Assembly (NCBI GenBank): GCA_964411375.1
Contig: CAYPKR010000003.1
Coordinates: 7,237-71,236 of the forward strand
DNA from: an uncultured Candidatus Saccharibacteria bacterium
Lineage (GTDB): Bacteria > Patescibacteriota > Minisyncoccia > Phycocordibacterales > UBA12088
DNA: 64,000 nucleotides
Reading direction: 5' to 3'
The stretch's first letter is position 1, and each line of letters starts with the position of its first letter. Below, in pieces: positions 39,468 through 49,352 of the stretch. Below the pieces are notes generated by a model that did not search any database, had not been told where the DNA came from, and saw nothing but the letters and a program-made list of their open reading frames with translations. Position numbers and translations under genes: made by a program.

Positions 39468-40589
39468 ATGAAAGATTCTGCTCGTCCGCTCCGGGTGCTC
39501 GCGCTCGCTCCGACCAACGTACCAATGTCGGGGTGGGGTCGCTATGCCCATGCGGTGGGGCGAGAACTCACTAAGCAAGGAATCGAATACACGCTCCTTG
39601 CAGAAATGCCTGACCCCGAACATCCTGAGCGTCCATATCTTTTGAAGCGCACCAAGTTTTCTCTTTTCAGAAATATTTTGACGGTACGACGAGCTGTTAA
39701 AAATGTCGACATCGTTCATGCATTCGATATCTGGCCGTACGGCATCTACGGTTTTTTTGCCGTTTTAGGGTCCAAGAAAAAATTGTTTATGACCGGTGTC
39801 GCGACGTATTCAATTGCGCCTGCTCGGAAAGGATTGAAATGGTTCCTCATGTGGCTTGCGAGTAAAAAGGCACGGGCGATTTTTTCGGTCAGCGCGTACA
39901 CCAAATCGAGAATCTATAAGCGCATGCCGACTGACAACAATGTTGTCGTATACTGGGGCGCTTCGTCGATTCCAACAATTACGCCTGAAAAAGTCGCTGA
40001 GTATCGAATCAAATACAATATTCACGATACGAAAACCCCGATTCTTTTAACGGTTGGCGAGATCAAACATCGCAAGGGGCAGTTTGATGTTGTTCGCGCA
40101 ATTCCAGAACTCAAGAAGCAATATCCGAATATTCTCTACTGCATTGTTGGTTCCGACAAAAAATATCTTGAATACACCGACGCTATCCGCGAATACGCAA
40201 AGCAAGAAGGAATCGAAGCGAATGTCAAAGTAATCACCGATGCAAAAACGGACGAATCACTCGCATTCTTCTACACGATTGCTAATATATTCCTTTTGAC
40301 TTCAAACAATGAAGGCGACCATTTCGAAGGATTCGGACTCGTTTTCCTCGAAGCAGAACAATTCGGCAAGCCAGTCATCGGCACTCTTGGATGCGGCGTT
40401 GAAGAAGCACAGCAACCCGGCTACAATGGCTATCTGGTGAGGCAGAGCGATCCAAAGGATATTGCAGAAAAAGTAGAAAAGACTGTAAGTGGTAATAAGG
40501 AACTGCTTGGCGAACATTCGAAAGATTTTGCGAGTCGATTTACATGGGAGAAGACAGTGAAGGAATATATCAAGCACTACAGAAAATAA
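39468..40589 (+). CDS. glycosyltransferase family 4
   Basis: GWGRY, VG-x-IK-x-RKG and EGFGLVFLEA. Confidence 0.9.
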   Translation: MKDSARPLRVLALAPTNVPMSGWGRYAHAVGRELTKQGIEYTLLAEMPDPEHPERPYLLKRTKFSLFRNILTVRRAVKNVDIVHAFDIWPYGIYGFFAVLGSKKKLFMTGVATYSIAPARKGLKWFLMWLASKKARAIFSVSAYTKSRIYKRMPTDNNVVVYWGASSIPTITPEKVAEYRIKYNIHDTKTPILLTVGEIKHRKGQFDVVRAIPELKKQYPNILYCIVGSDKKYLEYTDAIREYAKQEGIEANVKVITDAKTDESLAFFYTIANIFLLTSNNEGDHFEGFGLVFLEAEQFGKPVIGTLGCGVEEAQQPGYNGYLVRQSDPKDIAEKVEKTVSGNKELLGEHSKDFASRFTWEKTVKEYIKHYRK

Positions 40590-40604
40590 TCATACAATAA
40601 AATT

Positions 40605-41249
40605 ATGCGCGCATTTGTTTTCTCCGTCTTTTCTTTTATACGCAAAACATTCGGTATCTATCAGCGCCCGACTCGCTACGATCATTTGTATGAGTATGCG
40701 AACAAGCTACAGGCAAAGCGCATTATGGAAATCGGCACGTGGAAAGGGGAGCGTGCGCGTCAAATGATTGCCGTTGCAAAAAAGTATCACAAACCGGAAG
40801 AAGTCGAATACTATGGATTCGATCTCTTCCAGACGATGGATAAGGACACGTACGCGTACGAAATTTCCAAGCAGCCGCCAAGCCGTGCAGAAATAGAAAA
40901 AGAACTCGCGACAACCGGAGCAAAGATCAATCTCTTTGAAGGCGATACAACGAAGACGCTTCCGGGAGTTGTCTCGACACTTCCCAAGATGGACATCATC
41001 TATATCGACGGTGGACACAGCTACGACACTATTCTTTCTGACTGGGAAAATTCCGCAAAACTCATGCATGAAAAAACCGTCGTCATCTTTGACGATTACT
41101 GGCAAAATCGCGCTGATGGCGCAAAGCCGATTGTCGATAAAATTGATCAGAATAAATACCGAGTCGTGCTGCTTCCTGCGATGGACGTCTTCTTCAATCC
41201 CGATTTCGGCCGTCTCGTCATTCGCTTCGCGATGGTAACGAAGAAGTAG
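40605..41249 (+). CDS. class I SAM methyltransferase (Methyltransf_24-like)
   Basis: MEIGTWKG, GFDLF, YIDGGHSY and FDDY. Confidence 0.85.
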   Translation: MRAFVFSVFSFIRKTFGIYQRPTRYDHLYEYANKLQAKRIMEIGTWKGERARQMIAVAKKYHKPEEVEYYGFDLFQTMDKDTYAYEISKQPPSRAEIEKELATTGAKINLFEGDTTKTLPGVVSTLPKMDIIYIDGGHSYDTILSDWENSAKLMHEKTVVIFDDYWQNRADGAKPIVDKIDQNKYRVVLLPAMDVFFNPDFGRLVIRFAMVTKK

Positions 41250-41253
41250 CTAC

Positions 41254-42111
41254 TTATAGCTTCGCCATCACTTCAAACGCATCTTTGCGTACATGTCCTT
41301 TTGCGATTTCGTCCTTGACCATCGCTTCGGTGATCGCGCCGTCTTTGATTGCGTCACGCACTAATTCGAAAAAGAATTTCTCAACATTTGGATCGGCGTG
41401 CGGCTGGTAGGTGCGCGACACTTTGCCAGTCATTACGAGAATTGGTTCACGCGGAATAAATCCAAGTATCGGCTTCATATTGCGCTCAAAATCGATCGGA
41501 AGTCCGGTGCGCCATGGTTGGGTTTCGCGCTTTGAAGTATGAAGCATTTTTGTTTCTGATGTCAGTACGTCGATCGAGTTCCAAATGCGGGGGAGTTCTT
41601 TAACCGTTTCTGGATCAATTTTTCGCATGCGAATGATATCGGCGTAATCGATTTCTTTTTTGTGAAGTTTGTCGAGATAATTTCCGACATTCCAGTCGGT
41701 GAGTTTGGCGCAATCAAGAAGCATCATACTCGATTCAAACGAACCTTGCTTTGCCTTGCATGCCGCAAGCGATTTTCCTTCAAGATCCATATCGAAGAGT
41801 TCGTGAATGTCGACTCTAGCAAAAATATCTGGATCAATTACCACCGCACGTCCTTGGTAACCCATTCGCTCCGGCGGCAGGAATCTTGTCAAAGTAAACG
41901 ACTGCAAGTCTTCCGGATCATACTTCGTCAAAATACCGTCCCGAATATATTCTGCGCCAACAAAATTCTTAAACATCGGGTCGTCGTCGACATTGAGAAA
42001 TTCGACCCGAATATCCTTCGGTTTCTCTAGTCTCTCGATCGCGTACTTCGCGATGTGGGCGCCTAAAATCTGTTTGTTATTTGCTTGTATAAATACCGCG
42101 CGTGTTTCCAT
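41254..42111 (-). CDS. GT-A fold (GT8-like) glycosyltransferase
   Basis: SFTLTRF, DPD (DxD), SSMMLLDC, WN, LH and QPW. Confidence 0.65.
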   Translation of the reverse strand: METRAVFIQANNKQILGAHIAKYAIERLEKPKDIRVEFLNVDDDPMFKNFVGAEYIRDGILTKYDPEDLQSFTLTRFLPPERMGYQGRAVVIDPDIFARVDIHELFDMDLEGKSLAACKAKQGSFESSMMLLDCAKLTDWNVGNYLDKLHKKEIDYADIIRMRKIDPETVKELPRIWNSIDVLTSETKMLHTSKRETQPWRTGLPIDFERNMKPILGFIPREPILVMTGKVSRTYQPHADPNVEKFFFELVRDAIKDGAITEAMVKDEIAKGHVRKDAFEVMAKL

Positions 42112-42251
42112 GAAAATGTGGCTATTATTGGACTCCTAGCTACTTCCTTGCGGCAGAGGCTCGAAGAGCGTTTAATAATGACGTTATCGATATTGAAACA
42201 TTTTGGCGTCCAGAATAGTTTCAAGGATATTATAGGACATTTCCCTCATAC

Positions 42252-43226
42252 ATGTTGAAAAAAACCCTGATTGGAATTATCCAGCGAAAACCCTCGATGT
42301 ACACCGGATCGGTCGTTTTAAACGTGCTCGGCGCACAGCCGATCCGCACCTTCTATCTCTGGTGCCGTCGGTCCTTTCATTTCCCGATCGTTCTTAAAAG
42401 CCAGTTTCGACCCTATCTTGCCGAACTCGAAGAAAACGGGGCAGTCATCATTCCAAATTTTCTCTCACCCGAGGAGTATACAAAGTTCAAGGCAGAGTTC
42501 GACTCGCTCTCGCCAAATTTTCCTCCGGACTATTCAGAGATCGCACTTCCACACGTTGATCGCTTGAGTCTCCATGACGGTCGCGTTTCGGGATTTGCCA
42601 AGCACCTCTTCTTGGACAGTCCGCTCATTCGTGCGCTCACGATTGGATACTTGAAGCGCGAATATCATTTCCCCTACAACGCCTATCTCACCAAGATTTA
42701 TCTGAATCAGGAAGAACTCGACAAGCCCAAAAACGGCGGCACCAACAATATTCATTTCGATGCGCCTACTCGCGTGCTCAAATTCTTCTATTATGTCACT
42801 GACACCAACGAACAAAACTCGGCGCTCTATTACTGCATGGGCACCAACAAGCGCGGAAAACTTTCGCGTCTCTGGTTTGAATATAAGTTGTCGATTCGAT
42901 TCGCGATGAACAAATGGAATCCAAACAACGAAGGGGAATATCTCGCGGCAGATCCATGGGTAAAGCTCACACCTGAAGAAGTCAAAAAATATCACCTCAC
43001 CGAAAAGCCAATCAATGTAAAAGGGAATACGCTCGTTGCGGCGGATGTCGGTGCGTTCCATCGTCGTGGGGCATTCTTGAAGCCGGGCGTTCGAGAAACC
43101 GTTGAAATCAATTTCCGTGAAATCGAAACGCTTCGCCACACGTTCTACCCACTTGAACGATTTGCTCGGAAGCTTTTGAAAAAAGAAAAACCACTGAAGG
43201 CTCCGCTCACCGCTTCGACGATGTAA
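42252..43226 (+). CDS. PhyH-like Fe(II)/2-oxoglutarate dioxygenase
   Basis: NG-x-V-I-I-x-NFL, HFD (HxD), LKFFYYVTD and GNT...FHRRG...R. Confidence 0.7.
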   Translation: MLKKTLIGIIQRKPSMYTGSVVLNVLGAQPIRTFYLWCRRSFHFPIVLKSQFRPYLAELEENGAVIIPNFLSPEEYTKFKAEFDSLSPNFPPDYSEIALPHVDRLSLHDGRVSGFAKHLFLDSPLIRALTIGYLKREYHFPYNAYLTKIYLNQEELDKPKNGGTNNIHFDAPTRVLKFFYYVTDTNEQNSALYYCMGTNKRGKLSRLWFEYKLSIRFAMNKWNPNNEGEYLAADPWVKLTPEEVKKYHLTEKPINVKGNTLVAADVGAFHRRGAFLKPGVRETVEINFREIETLRHTFYPLERFARKLLKKEKPLKAPLTASTM

Positions 43227-43239
43227 TCGGCTATACAGA

Positions 43240-43995
43240 ATGAAACACGAGCGAATCCTCGGGATAATCCCCGCACGACTTAATTCAACAAGACTTCCCG
43301 GCAAAATGCTTCTCGATATGCTCGGGAAGCCTTTGATTGTGCGCACCTACGAGCAAGCAAAAAAAGCGTCGATGCTTGATGACGTAGTCGTTGCGACTGA
43401 TTCTCCGGAAATCAAAGCGGCAGTTCACGCATTTGGCGGGAAGGTACTCCTTACTTCATCAAAACCAAAAACGGGGAGTGATCGAGTCGCAGAAGCCGCA
43501 GCAAAATTTCGTGACTTCAGACCCGACATCGTACTTAATATCCAAGGCGATGAACCTTTGATGCCGTCTGCCGCAATAAATACGACTGCAAAACTCCTCC
43601 TTGGCGAAAAGCGCGCAGTCATGTCGACTGTTGCGTCGCGTTTCACAAAGGAGAGTGAGCTTTTGGAACCTGGACTCGTCAAAGTCGTCATCGACAAAAA
43701 TGGATACGCACTCTACTTTTCCCGCTCGGTAATTCCACATCCTCGCGTCCCGGTGCCAATTGAAAACTACTTCAATCACATCGGTATTTACGGATACAAA
43801 GCTGATTTTTTGAAACAATATGTGAAGCTTAAACAAACACCGCTCGAGCTTGCGGAATCCTTGGAACAACTTCGCGCGCTTGAAAATGGATTTGAAATAA
43901 AAGTCGGCGTGGGGAAGTTTGAACGCGCGGAAGTGAACGAAGCGCATGAATTCAAACGAGCGCTTGAGATGATGCGAGGGCGCGGACGCGTATAA
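43240..43995 (+). CDS. kdsB: 3-deoxy-manno-octulosonate cytidylyltransferase (CMP-Kdo synthetase)
   Basis: IIPARLNSTRLPGK, TGSDR, NIQGDEP, VKVV..ALYFSRS-x-IP, HIGIY and ESLEQLRALE. Confidence 0.92.
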   Translation: MKHERILGIIPARLNSTRLPGKMLLDMLGKPLIVRTYEQAKKASMLDDVVVATDSPEIKAAVHAFGGKVLLTSSKPKTGSDRVAEAAAKFRDFRPDIVLNIQGDEPLMPSAAINTTAKLLLGEKRAVMSTVASRFTKESELLEPGLVKVVIDKNGYALYFSRSVIPHPRVPVPIENYFNHIGIYGYKADFLKQYVKLKQTPLELAESLEQLRALENGFEIKVGVGKFERAEVNEAHEFKRALEMMRGRGRV

Positions 43996-44002
43996 TAGCA
44001 GA

Positions 44003-45463
44003 ATGGAATTCGGAAAGCCTGATGTCTGGGACTATAAAGCACACCAAGTGCTGATTGCCAAAATAAACGCGCTCACTATTCGGGGAGTACCGCTTAGGGA
44101 TGCATTCGAAATCGGTGGGTATAATGCGTGGCAGTGGTATCAAGGACTATTGTTTGAGTCGATAAAATGGCGCGTCGTTGACGGGGTGACGCCTTCGTAT
44201 GATCTGCTTTCGTATAAGCGAATGCTCTATGAAATAGCAAAACTCAAAATTTTTTTCTACATTTCACTTCTTGGATTCCTCGGGGCACTCATTCGCCGAC
44301 CGAAAGCCCTCCTCTACAGCATTGATCTTAAAAATTCTCGCTTTAAAGGAGATCAGCGAATTACTCCGGTGTATGACGCATTCTTGCGCACTCATACGCG
44401 ATTTGTGGAATGCTTTCATGTCGGAAGAGGAAGGAAGACATTCTATAATTGGATAGGTCGGGGACGACTATCCCTCTATCTCGAAGGGATCGATGCATTC
44501 TTTTTATTTTGGAGTATGCTCCGCCAATCTCCTATGCGTTCCGAATTTGCCGCAATTGATTTTTCTTCCATTCCTGAACGTGATCGCCCGCTTGCGCAAA
44601 AAGTTGTACGGAATCTGATCTATCGAATTGAACTTTCCAAAATGCGGATCCGCGTCTTCCGCCGCATCTTTCGTGCTCTCCGACTTCAAAAAATATTTTT
44701 GATTGATGACCCGCGCCATTTTTGGGAATTGATTGCCGCAGGGAAAGCAGAGGGAATTGAAACGATCGCACTTGAGCACGGACATTACACCCGCTATCAA
44801 CTTGGCCTCTTTCAATTTCCTCAAAGTCGCTACCCATACCTATCACCTGACATGCTATTGGTGTGGAGTGAATATTGGAAGCATGAACTCGAAAAATATC
44901 ATTCGGTATTTTCAAATATCACGGTTGCCGGATACAAAAGTCCAATTCCAGATGAAGTGCACCACAGACCAATCGGCGAAAAACTTCGAGTACTCGTGCC
45001 ATATGAAAGTGTAGCGCCAAAAGAGGCTGTGCGTACCTATCTCAAATTACTTTCGGCAGATCCTACGGTTTCAATCGTATTTAAACCAAGACCTGATTCT
45101 TCTGTAGATGAACAAATTCGCGACTATGTGCTCAACTCGGATTTAGTAACGGTTCTCGAAGCTCTTCCCAAAAATCCGCGCGATGTGTGTGATATTGCAA
45201 TTGGCACCTACACGACTCTGTTGTCGGAATTGGTTATGCAGGGTGTTCCGGTCGCTCTCCTTGAAACCCCAATGGATTATGGAGATGGTCTTGTGGAAAA
45301 TGGGATTGCGGGACGACTTCAGTTTGAACCTGTCTCATCTCTTACAGAAAGACTTCGCGTACTTGCTGCAATTGATCCCGCAGAAATTGCGCGCCGCAGA
45401 ACTGTGATTACGGGAAACGCAAATCAGATGATGGCAGATGAAATTGTCCGTATCCTTAGATAG
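44003..45463 (+). CDS. hypothetical GT-B-like transferase next to kdsB
   Basis: EHG, LVWSEYW, FKPRP and TT-x-x-x-E, resembling capsule ulosonic-acid or polyol-phosphate transferase C-termini. Confidence 0.45.
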   Translation: MEFGKPDVWDYKAHQVLIAKINALTIRGVPLRDAFEIGGYNAWQWYQGLLFESIKWRVVDGVTPSYDLLSYKRMLYEIAKLKIFFYISLLGFLGALIRRPKALLYSIDLKNSRFKGDQRITPVYDAFLRTHTRFVECFHVGRGRKTFYNWIGRGRLSLYLEGIDAFFLFWSMLRQSPMRSEFAAIDFSSIPERDRPLAQKVVRNLIYRIELSKMRIRVFRRIFRALRLQKIFLIDDPRHFWELIAAGKAEGIETIALEHGHYTRYQLGLFQFPQSRYPYLSPDMLLVWSEYWKHELEKYHSVFSNITVAGYKSPIPDEVHHRPIGEKLRVLVPYESVAPKEAVRTYLKLLSADPTVSIVFKPRPDSSVDEQIRDYVLNSDLVTVLEALPKNPRDVCDIAIGTYTTLLSELVMQGVPVALLETPMDYGDGLVENGIAGRLQFEPVSSLTERLRVLAAIDPAEIARRRTVITGNANQMMADEIVRILR

Positions 45464-46733
45464 ATTCTGCGGAAATATCTTTGTACGTTGCAAAGAGTAC
45501 AATAACCACGATAAGTTTAAATGCTTCACTCACAATGCGGGAAATAATCATTCCCATAAATCCGCCGAGCATAATCCCCGTAAACAAAATGCCAATCGTG
45601 CCGATCTGTGCAATTACATTGTATACATAGAGTCGCGGATGATTTTTGGTTACTTGAAGCGATGTCATCGGAATAATTCCCGCAGTTGAAAAAATAATCA
45701 TGATCGCATAAATCTGCGAGTAGGGGATTGCCTCAATATATTTGGGAAAAAATGCGTGGAAAATAATGGGCGCGACCAATGCATACGCGACCACCGCGCT
45801 CACGGTGAGGAACGTCACTTGGAGCAGTCGTCGGGGAAGAGCGGTCTTGGTTTCGGTAACACTGCGTGCTGACAATTTAGGAAGCATCAGTGAATAACTA
45901 TTTTTGAGAACTCCGCGAATTTGTTCAGGGAGCGCCGTCGCAAAGGTGTAGAGCGCAAGTTCCGCCGCACCCAAATAATGAAACACCAAAATTGAATCGA
46001 TTTGTTCCGCGAGTCCGCCCAAAATCCCCATGATACTCAAATGCGTGCCGAAGCGGATGGATTCACCACCTGTTAACACCGTTGCGGGATAGCGTTTCAG
46101 TGTACGGAGATACAGATAGAGTGAAATGAGTGCATTTGTTGTATAGTAGGTGAAAATAATCGCGACGACATTGTGGGTGATAAGCACAATGCCGATCAAA
46201 AATGGAATTGGAAAAACAGTTCGCGCAATTGCGTAGGTTGTGAGCGAAAAGAAATCGCGAATACCATTTAAGAATGATTGATAGAGTAGTGATGCGTTCC
46301 AAAAAGGAAGCGCGATCGCGGTGATGAGGAGACTCAAGCCTAATGTGTGGTTTCCGTGGACAAAATAGTAGGCGCCGCTTAAGAAGCCTACGATCGCCAT
46401 TGGAATCGAGCCTTTGAGACTTGCACGAAACGCGATTGGCATTTCCCCGTGATTTCCTTCAGCGACTGATTGCACTACAGAGATTGCAAGTCCAGTTAGA
46501 GAAAAAGTGGTAAGAAGTCCTGCGAGACTCAAAATATATTTGTACTGTCCGTACACTTCCTTGGGAACTAGATTGGCGAAGACAACCGCAAGTGCGAGCA
46601 TGGCAAGGGCGCTCACCACTTGGTTGATAAATAAAAGTGACCCGCCTTTAGCGAGATAGACGAGGTCAGTTTTGACGTAGGGTTCGAGGGCTCGAAGCAC
46701 GCGATAGAGCCATGATTTCGGATCGGCTTCCAT
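45456..46733 (-). CDS. Wzx-like oligosaccharide flippase
   Basis: About 12 TM helices, YGQYKY and QIDSILVFHYLGAAELALY..P; start at MEADPK. Confidence 0.8.
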   Translation of the reverse strand: MEADPKSWLYRVLRALEPYVKTDLVYLAKGGSLLFINQVVSALAMLALAVVFANLVPKEVYGQYKYILSLAGLLTTFSLTGLAISVVQSVAEGNHGEMPIAFRASLKGSIPMAIVGFLSGAYYFVHGNHTLGLSLLITAIALPFWNASLLYQSFLNGIRDFFSLTTYAIARTVFPIPFLIGIVLITHNVVAIIFTYYTTNALISLYLYLRTLKRYPATVLTGGESIRFGTHLSIMGILGGLAEQIDSILVFHYLGAAELALYTFATALPEQIRGVLKNSYSLMLPKLSARSVTETKTALPRRLLQVTFLTVSAVVAYALVAPIIFHAFFPKYIEAIPYSQIYAIMIIFSTAGIIPMTSLQVTKNHPRLYVYNVIAQIGTIGILFTGIMLGGFMGMIISRIVSEAFKLIVVIVLFATYKDISAESI

Positions 46734-46856
46734 GAATAGTACAACTATACCGTAGACACGGGCGTTTCCAGAGCAAGGTAAGGTGTAATATCGGCACGGA
46801 GGAAGCCATCTGTCTAGTTCGCTGAAGGCCGAGCCTTCATGGTATATTTCGCCCAT

Positions 46857-49052
46857 ATGGACACAACGCGATTCCTTCGCTACAGCATCTTCACGATGCT
46901 CTTTTGTATACCCTTTATCCCTCTTATCGTTCTTAACGGCACTTTCTTCCCATTTATCGTAGGGAAAAATTTCGCGTTCCGTATCTTTGTTGAAATCGCG
47001 CTCGGGCTATGGGTTGCGCTCATGCTCGTTGATCGCTCATACCGTCCAAAACTTTCTCCGGTCTTCTGGTCGGTCGTCGCCTTTGCGGTCGCGATTTTTG
47101 TGGCCGATCTTTTCGGAATGAATTTCTGGAAGAGTTTCTGGAGCAATTTCGAGCGCATGGAAGGGTACATCACGATACTCCATCTTTTCGCATACTTCGT
47201 CGTTGCCTCATCGGTATTTAATACCGAAAAACTCTGGCATCGATTCTTCAATACGAACCTCGCGGTGTCAGTTTTGATCTCGATCTTCGGACTCTTTCAG
47301 CTTGCTGGCTGGTTTACGATCAACCAAGGCGGTGTGCGTCTCGACGGTACGTTCGGCAACGCAACATATCTCGCGATTTATATGGTCTTCAACCTTTTTA
47401 TTGCTGCATGGCTCATGCTTTCCTACAAAGGGAAGAGTCTCAAGTGGGTGCGCGGCATTTACGGAGCAATTATTCTTCTTGAATTGGTCATTCTCTTCTA
47501 CACCGCAACGCGTGGTGCGATCCTCGGTCTCATCGGTGGTGTATTTCTATCGGCAATTCTCCTTGCGCTCACCATGCGAGGCAATCCGCATATTCGAAAA
47601 ATTTCCTACGGCACCATAATCGGACTCGTCGTTTTGGTTGGTGGCTTTATGCTCATCAAAAATACGAGCTTTGTTCAGCACAACGAAGTACTCAGTCGTC
47701 TTGCAACCATTTCGCTCGAAGGTGGTCAGACGCGTTTCGAAGTTTGGAACACCGCGTGGCAGGGAGTAAAAGAGCATCCAATTTTTGGATGGGGACAGGA
47801 AAACTTCATCTATGTTTTCAACGAGCATTACAATCCGAACATGTACGCCCAGGAAGCGTGGTTTGATCGCGTGCATGACGTCGTTCTTGATTGGCTGATT
47901 GCCGGAGGCCTTGTCGGACTCATTGCGTATCTCTCGATGTTTGGCGCAGCGCTCTTTGGGCTGTGGTTTTCGAAACGATCAAAGGATGCATTTTCGCCAC
48001 TTGAACGCAATTTGATCACCGGTCTTTTTGCAGGGTATTTCTTCCACAATATCTTCGTCTTCGACAACATCTTGAGTTATATCCTCTTCTTCTCTCTGCT
48101 CGCCTTCATTCATTATCGTCTGACGACCAAAGGTTTGGATCCTGATCTTTCCGATAAGCGTGCGAAGGGAACTGGTCTTCCAGCCCAGGTAGTATTGCCA
48201 GTCTCGCTGGTACTCACCGTGGTCATATTCTATTTCGCAAACTGGAACGGCATCATGACGAACGTAACCTTGATCAAGGCAATCTCTCCGGCAGAAGGTG
48301 GTGTCGCACAAAATCTCGAATACTTCAAAAAAGCAATTTCCTACCACGGCCTCGGTATGCAGGAAGTGAAAGAGCAGCTTTTGCAGACTGGCATTACGGT
48401 GTCGCGTGCAAACGGTGTTGATGCAAAACTCAAACAAGATTTCCTCACCTACGCAAGAACACAGATGGATGAAGAGCTGGTAAGCAATCCAAATGACGCA
48501 CGCCTCCAGGTCTTCATGGGCTCATTCCTAAGCGGTGCTGGAAGTCCTGAAGAAGCGCTTCCATATCTCCAAAAAGCAATCGAGCAATCACCATCAAAGC
48601 AGATCATTCTCTTCGAGCTCGGTCAGACACAAATTCAGCTTGGCAAGTACCAAGATGCAGTCGCGACCTTCAAAAAAGCATACGAGCTCGCGCCAGCTTT
48701 CCAACAAGCAGCGGTTAATTACGCAGCAGCGCTCATTTATGCAGGGAATCTGGATGGTGCATCGAAGATTTTGACCCCGCTTTTCGGTACGATGGCAGTC
48801 AACAACGATCAATTGCTTGCCGCATACTACGCAAGCAAGCATTACGATCTTGTTCTCCAGATTTGGCAGGCGCGTGTTGCGTCAGATCCAAACAATCTTC
48901 AATATCACGTCTCACTTGCTGCCGCATACTTAGTTTCTAATCGCCGCGCAGACGCAATTTCTGAACTTCAGAAGGCAGAAGCACTTGATGCGACATTCAA
49001 ACAGCAAGCAGATTATTACATCTCGGAAATTCGCGCCGGCAGAAACCCGTAA
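46857..49052 (+). CDS. O-antigen ligase/Wzy_C family protein with C-terminal TPR repeats
   Basis: RLDGTFGN, TATRGA, R..W..P-x-FGWGQENF, DRVHD and G-x-x-G; TPR helices after about residue 480. Confidence 0.85.
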   Translation: MDTTRFLRYSIFTMLFCIPFIPLIVLNGTFFPFIVGKNFAFRIFVEIALGLWVALMLVDRSYRPKLSPVFWSVVAFAVAIFVADLFGMNFWKSFWSNFERMEGYITILHLFAYFVVASSVFNTEKLWHRFFNTNLAVSVLISIFGLFQLAGWFTINQGGVRLDGTFGNATYLAIYMVFNLFIAAWLMLSYKGKSLKWVRGIYGAIILLELVILFYTATRGAILGLIGGVFLSAILLALTMRGNPHIRKISYGTIIGLVVLVGGFMLIKNTSFVQHNEVLSRLATISLEGGQTRFEVWNTAWQGVKEHPIFGWGQENFIYVFNEHYNPNMYAQEAWFDRVHDVVLDWLIAGGLVGLIAYLSMFGAALFGLWFSKRSKDAFSPLERNLITGLFAGYFFHNIFVFDNILSYILFFSLLAFIHYRLTTKGLDPDLSDKRAKGTGLPAQVVLPVSLVLTVVIFYFANWNGIMTNVTLIKAISPAEGGVAQNLEYFKKAISYHGLGMQEVKEQLLQTGITVSRANGVDAKLKQDFLTYARTQMDEELVSNPNDARLQVFMGSFLSGAGSPEEALPYLQKAIEQSPSKQIILFELGQTQIQLGKYQDAVATFKKAYELAPAFQQAAVNYAAALIYAGNLDGASKILTPLFGTMAVNNDQLLAAYYASKHYDLVLQIWQARVASDPNNLQYHVSLAAAYLVSNRRADAISELQKAEALDATFKQQADYYISEIRAGRNP

Positions 49053-49175
49053 AACCTTTCGAGAAAGCCCACCTCCTTCGTTACGGAGCCCTGAAAAATA
49101 CCAAGCAGTATATTTAATACAGCTTGGTATTTTTCTTTCCCGTGCCTCGGATCTGCATCTTTCTCGAAAGGTTTT
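49051..49175. repeat. palindromic intergenic element, copy 1 (17-bp terminal IR)
   Basis: AAAACCTTTCGAGAAAG / CTTTCTCGAAAGGTTTT; 14-bp central stem; internal motifs shared with 50784-50912. Confidence 0.8.
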
Positions 49176-49188
49176 TTCATCACAACAC

Positions 49189-49217
49189 TTGCATTTTTCT
49201 GGATAGTCTGCTATATT
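49189..49217 (+). promoter_or_regulatory. sigma70-type promoter of putative sRNA-1
   Basis: TTGCAT-17-TATATT with an extended -10 TG. Confidence 0.6.
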
Positions 49218-49222
49218 CTTTC

Positions 49223-49296
49223 TTGTGAGCGCCCGCGATCTGCGAGCCCCTCCGAAGATTTACGAAAGCACCACCCCCAAAGGGGTGTTTTCGTTT
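49223..49296 (+). ncRNA. putative small RNA 1 (40-nt pairing region plus terminator)
   Basis: Promoter upstream; CACCCC-CAAA-GGGGTG-TTTTCGTTT terminator; complementary to 49380-49410. Confidence 0.5.
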
Positions 49297-49352
49297 ATGA
49301 ACGACTCTCCAATTCTTCATTTGCTGTCCATACATCGTTGTGTACTATATAT

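Noticed and set aside
42534-43346. 270-aa antisense ORF (also 13128-13829, 233 aa)
   Set aside because: Both lie antisense to well-supported genes and are typical shadow ORFs.
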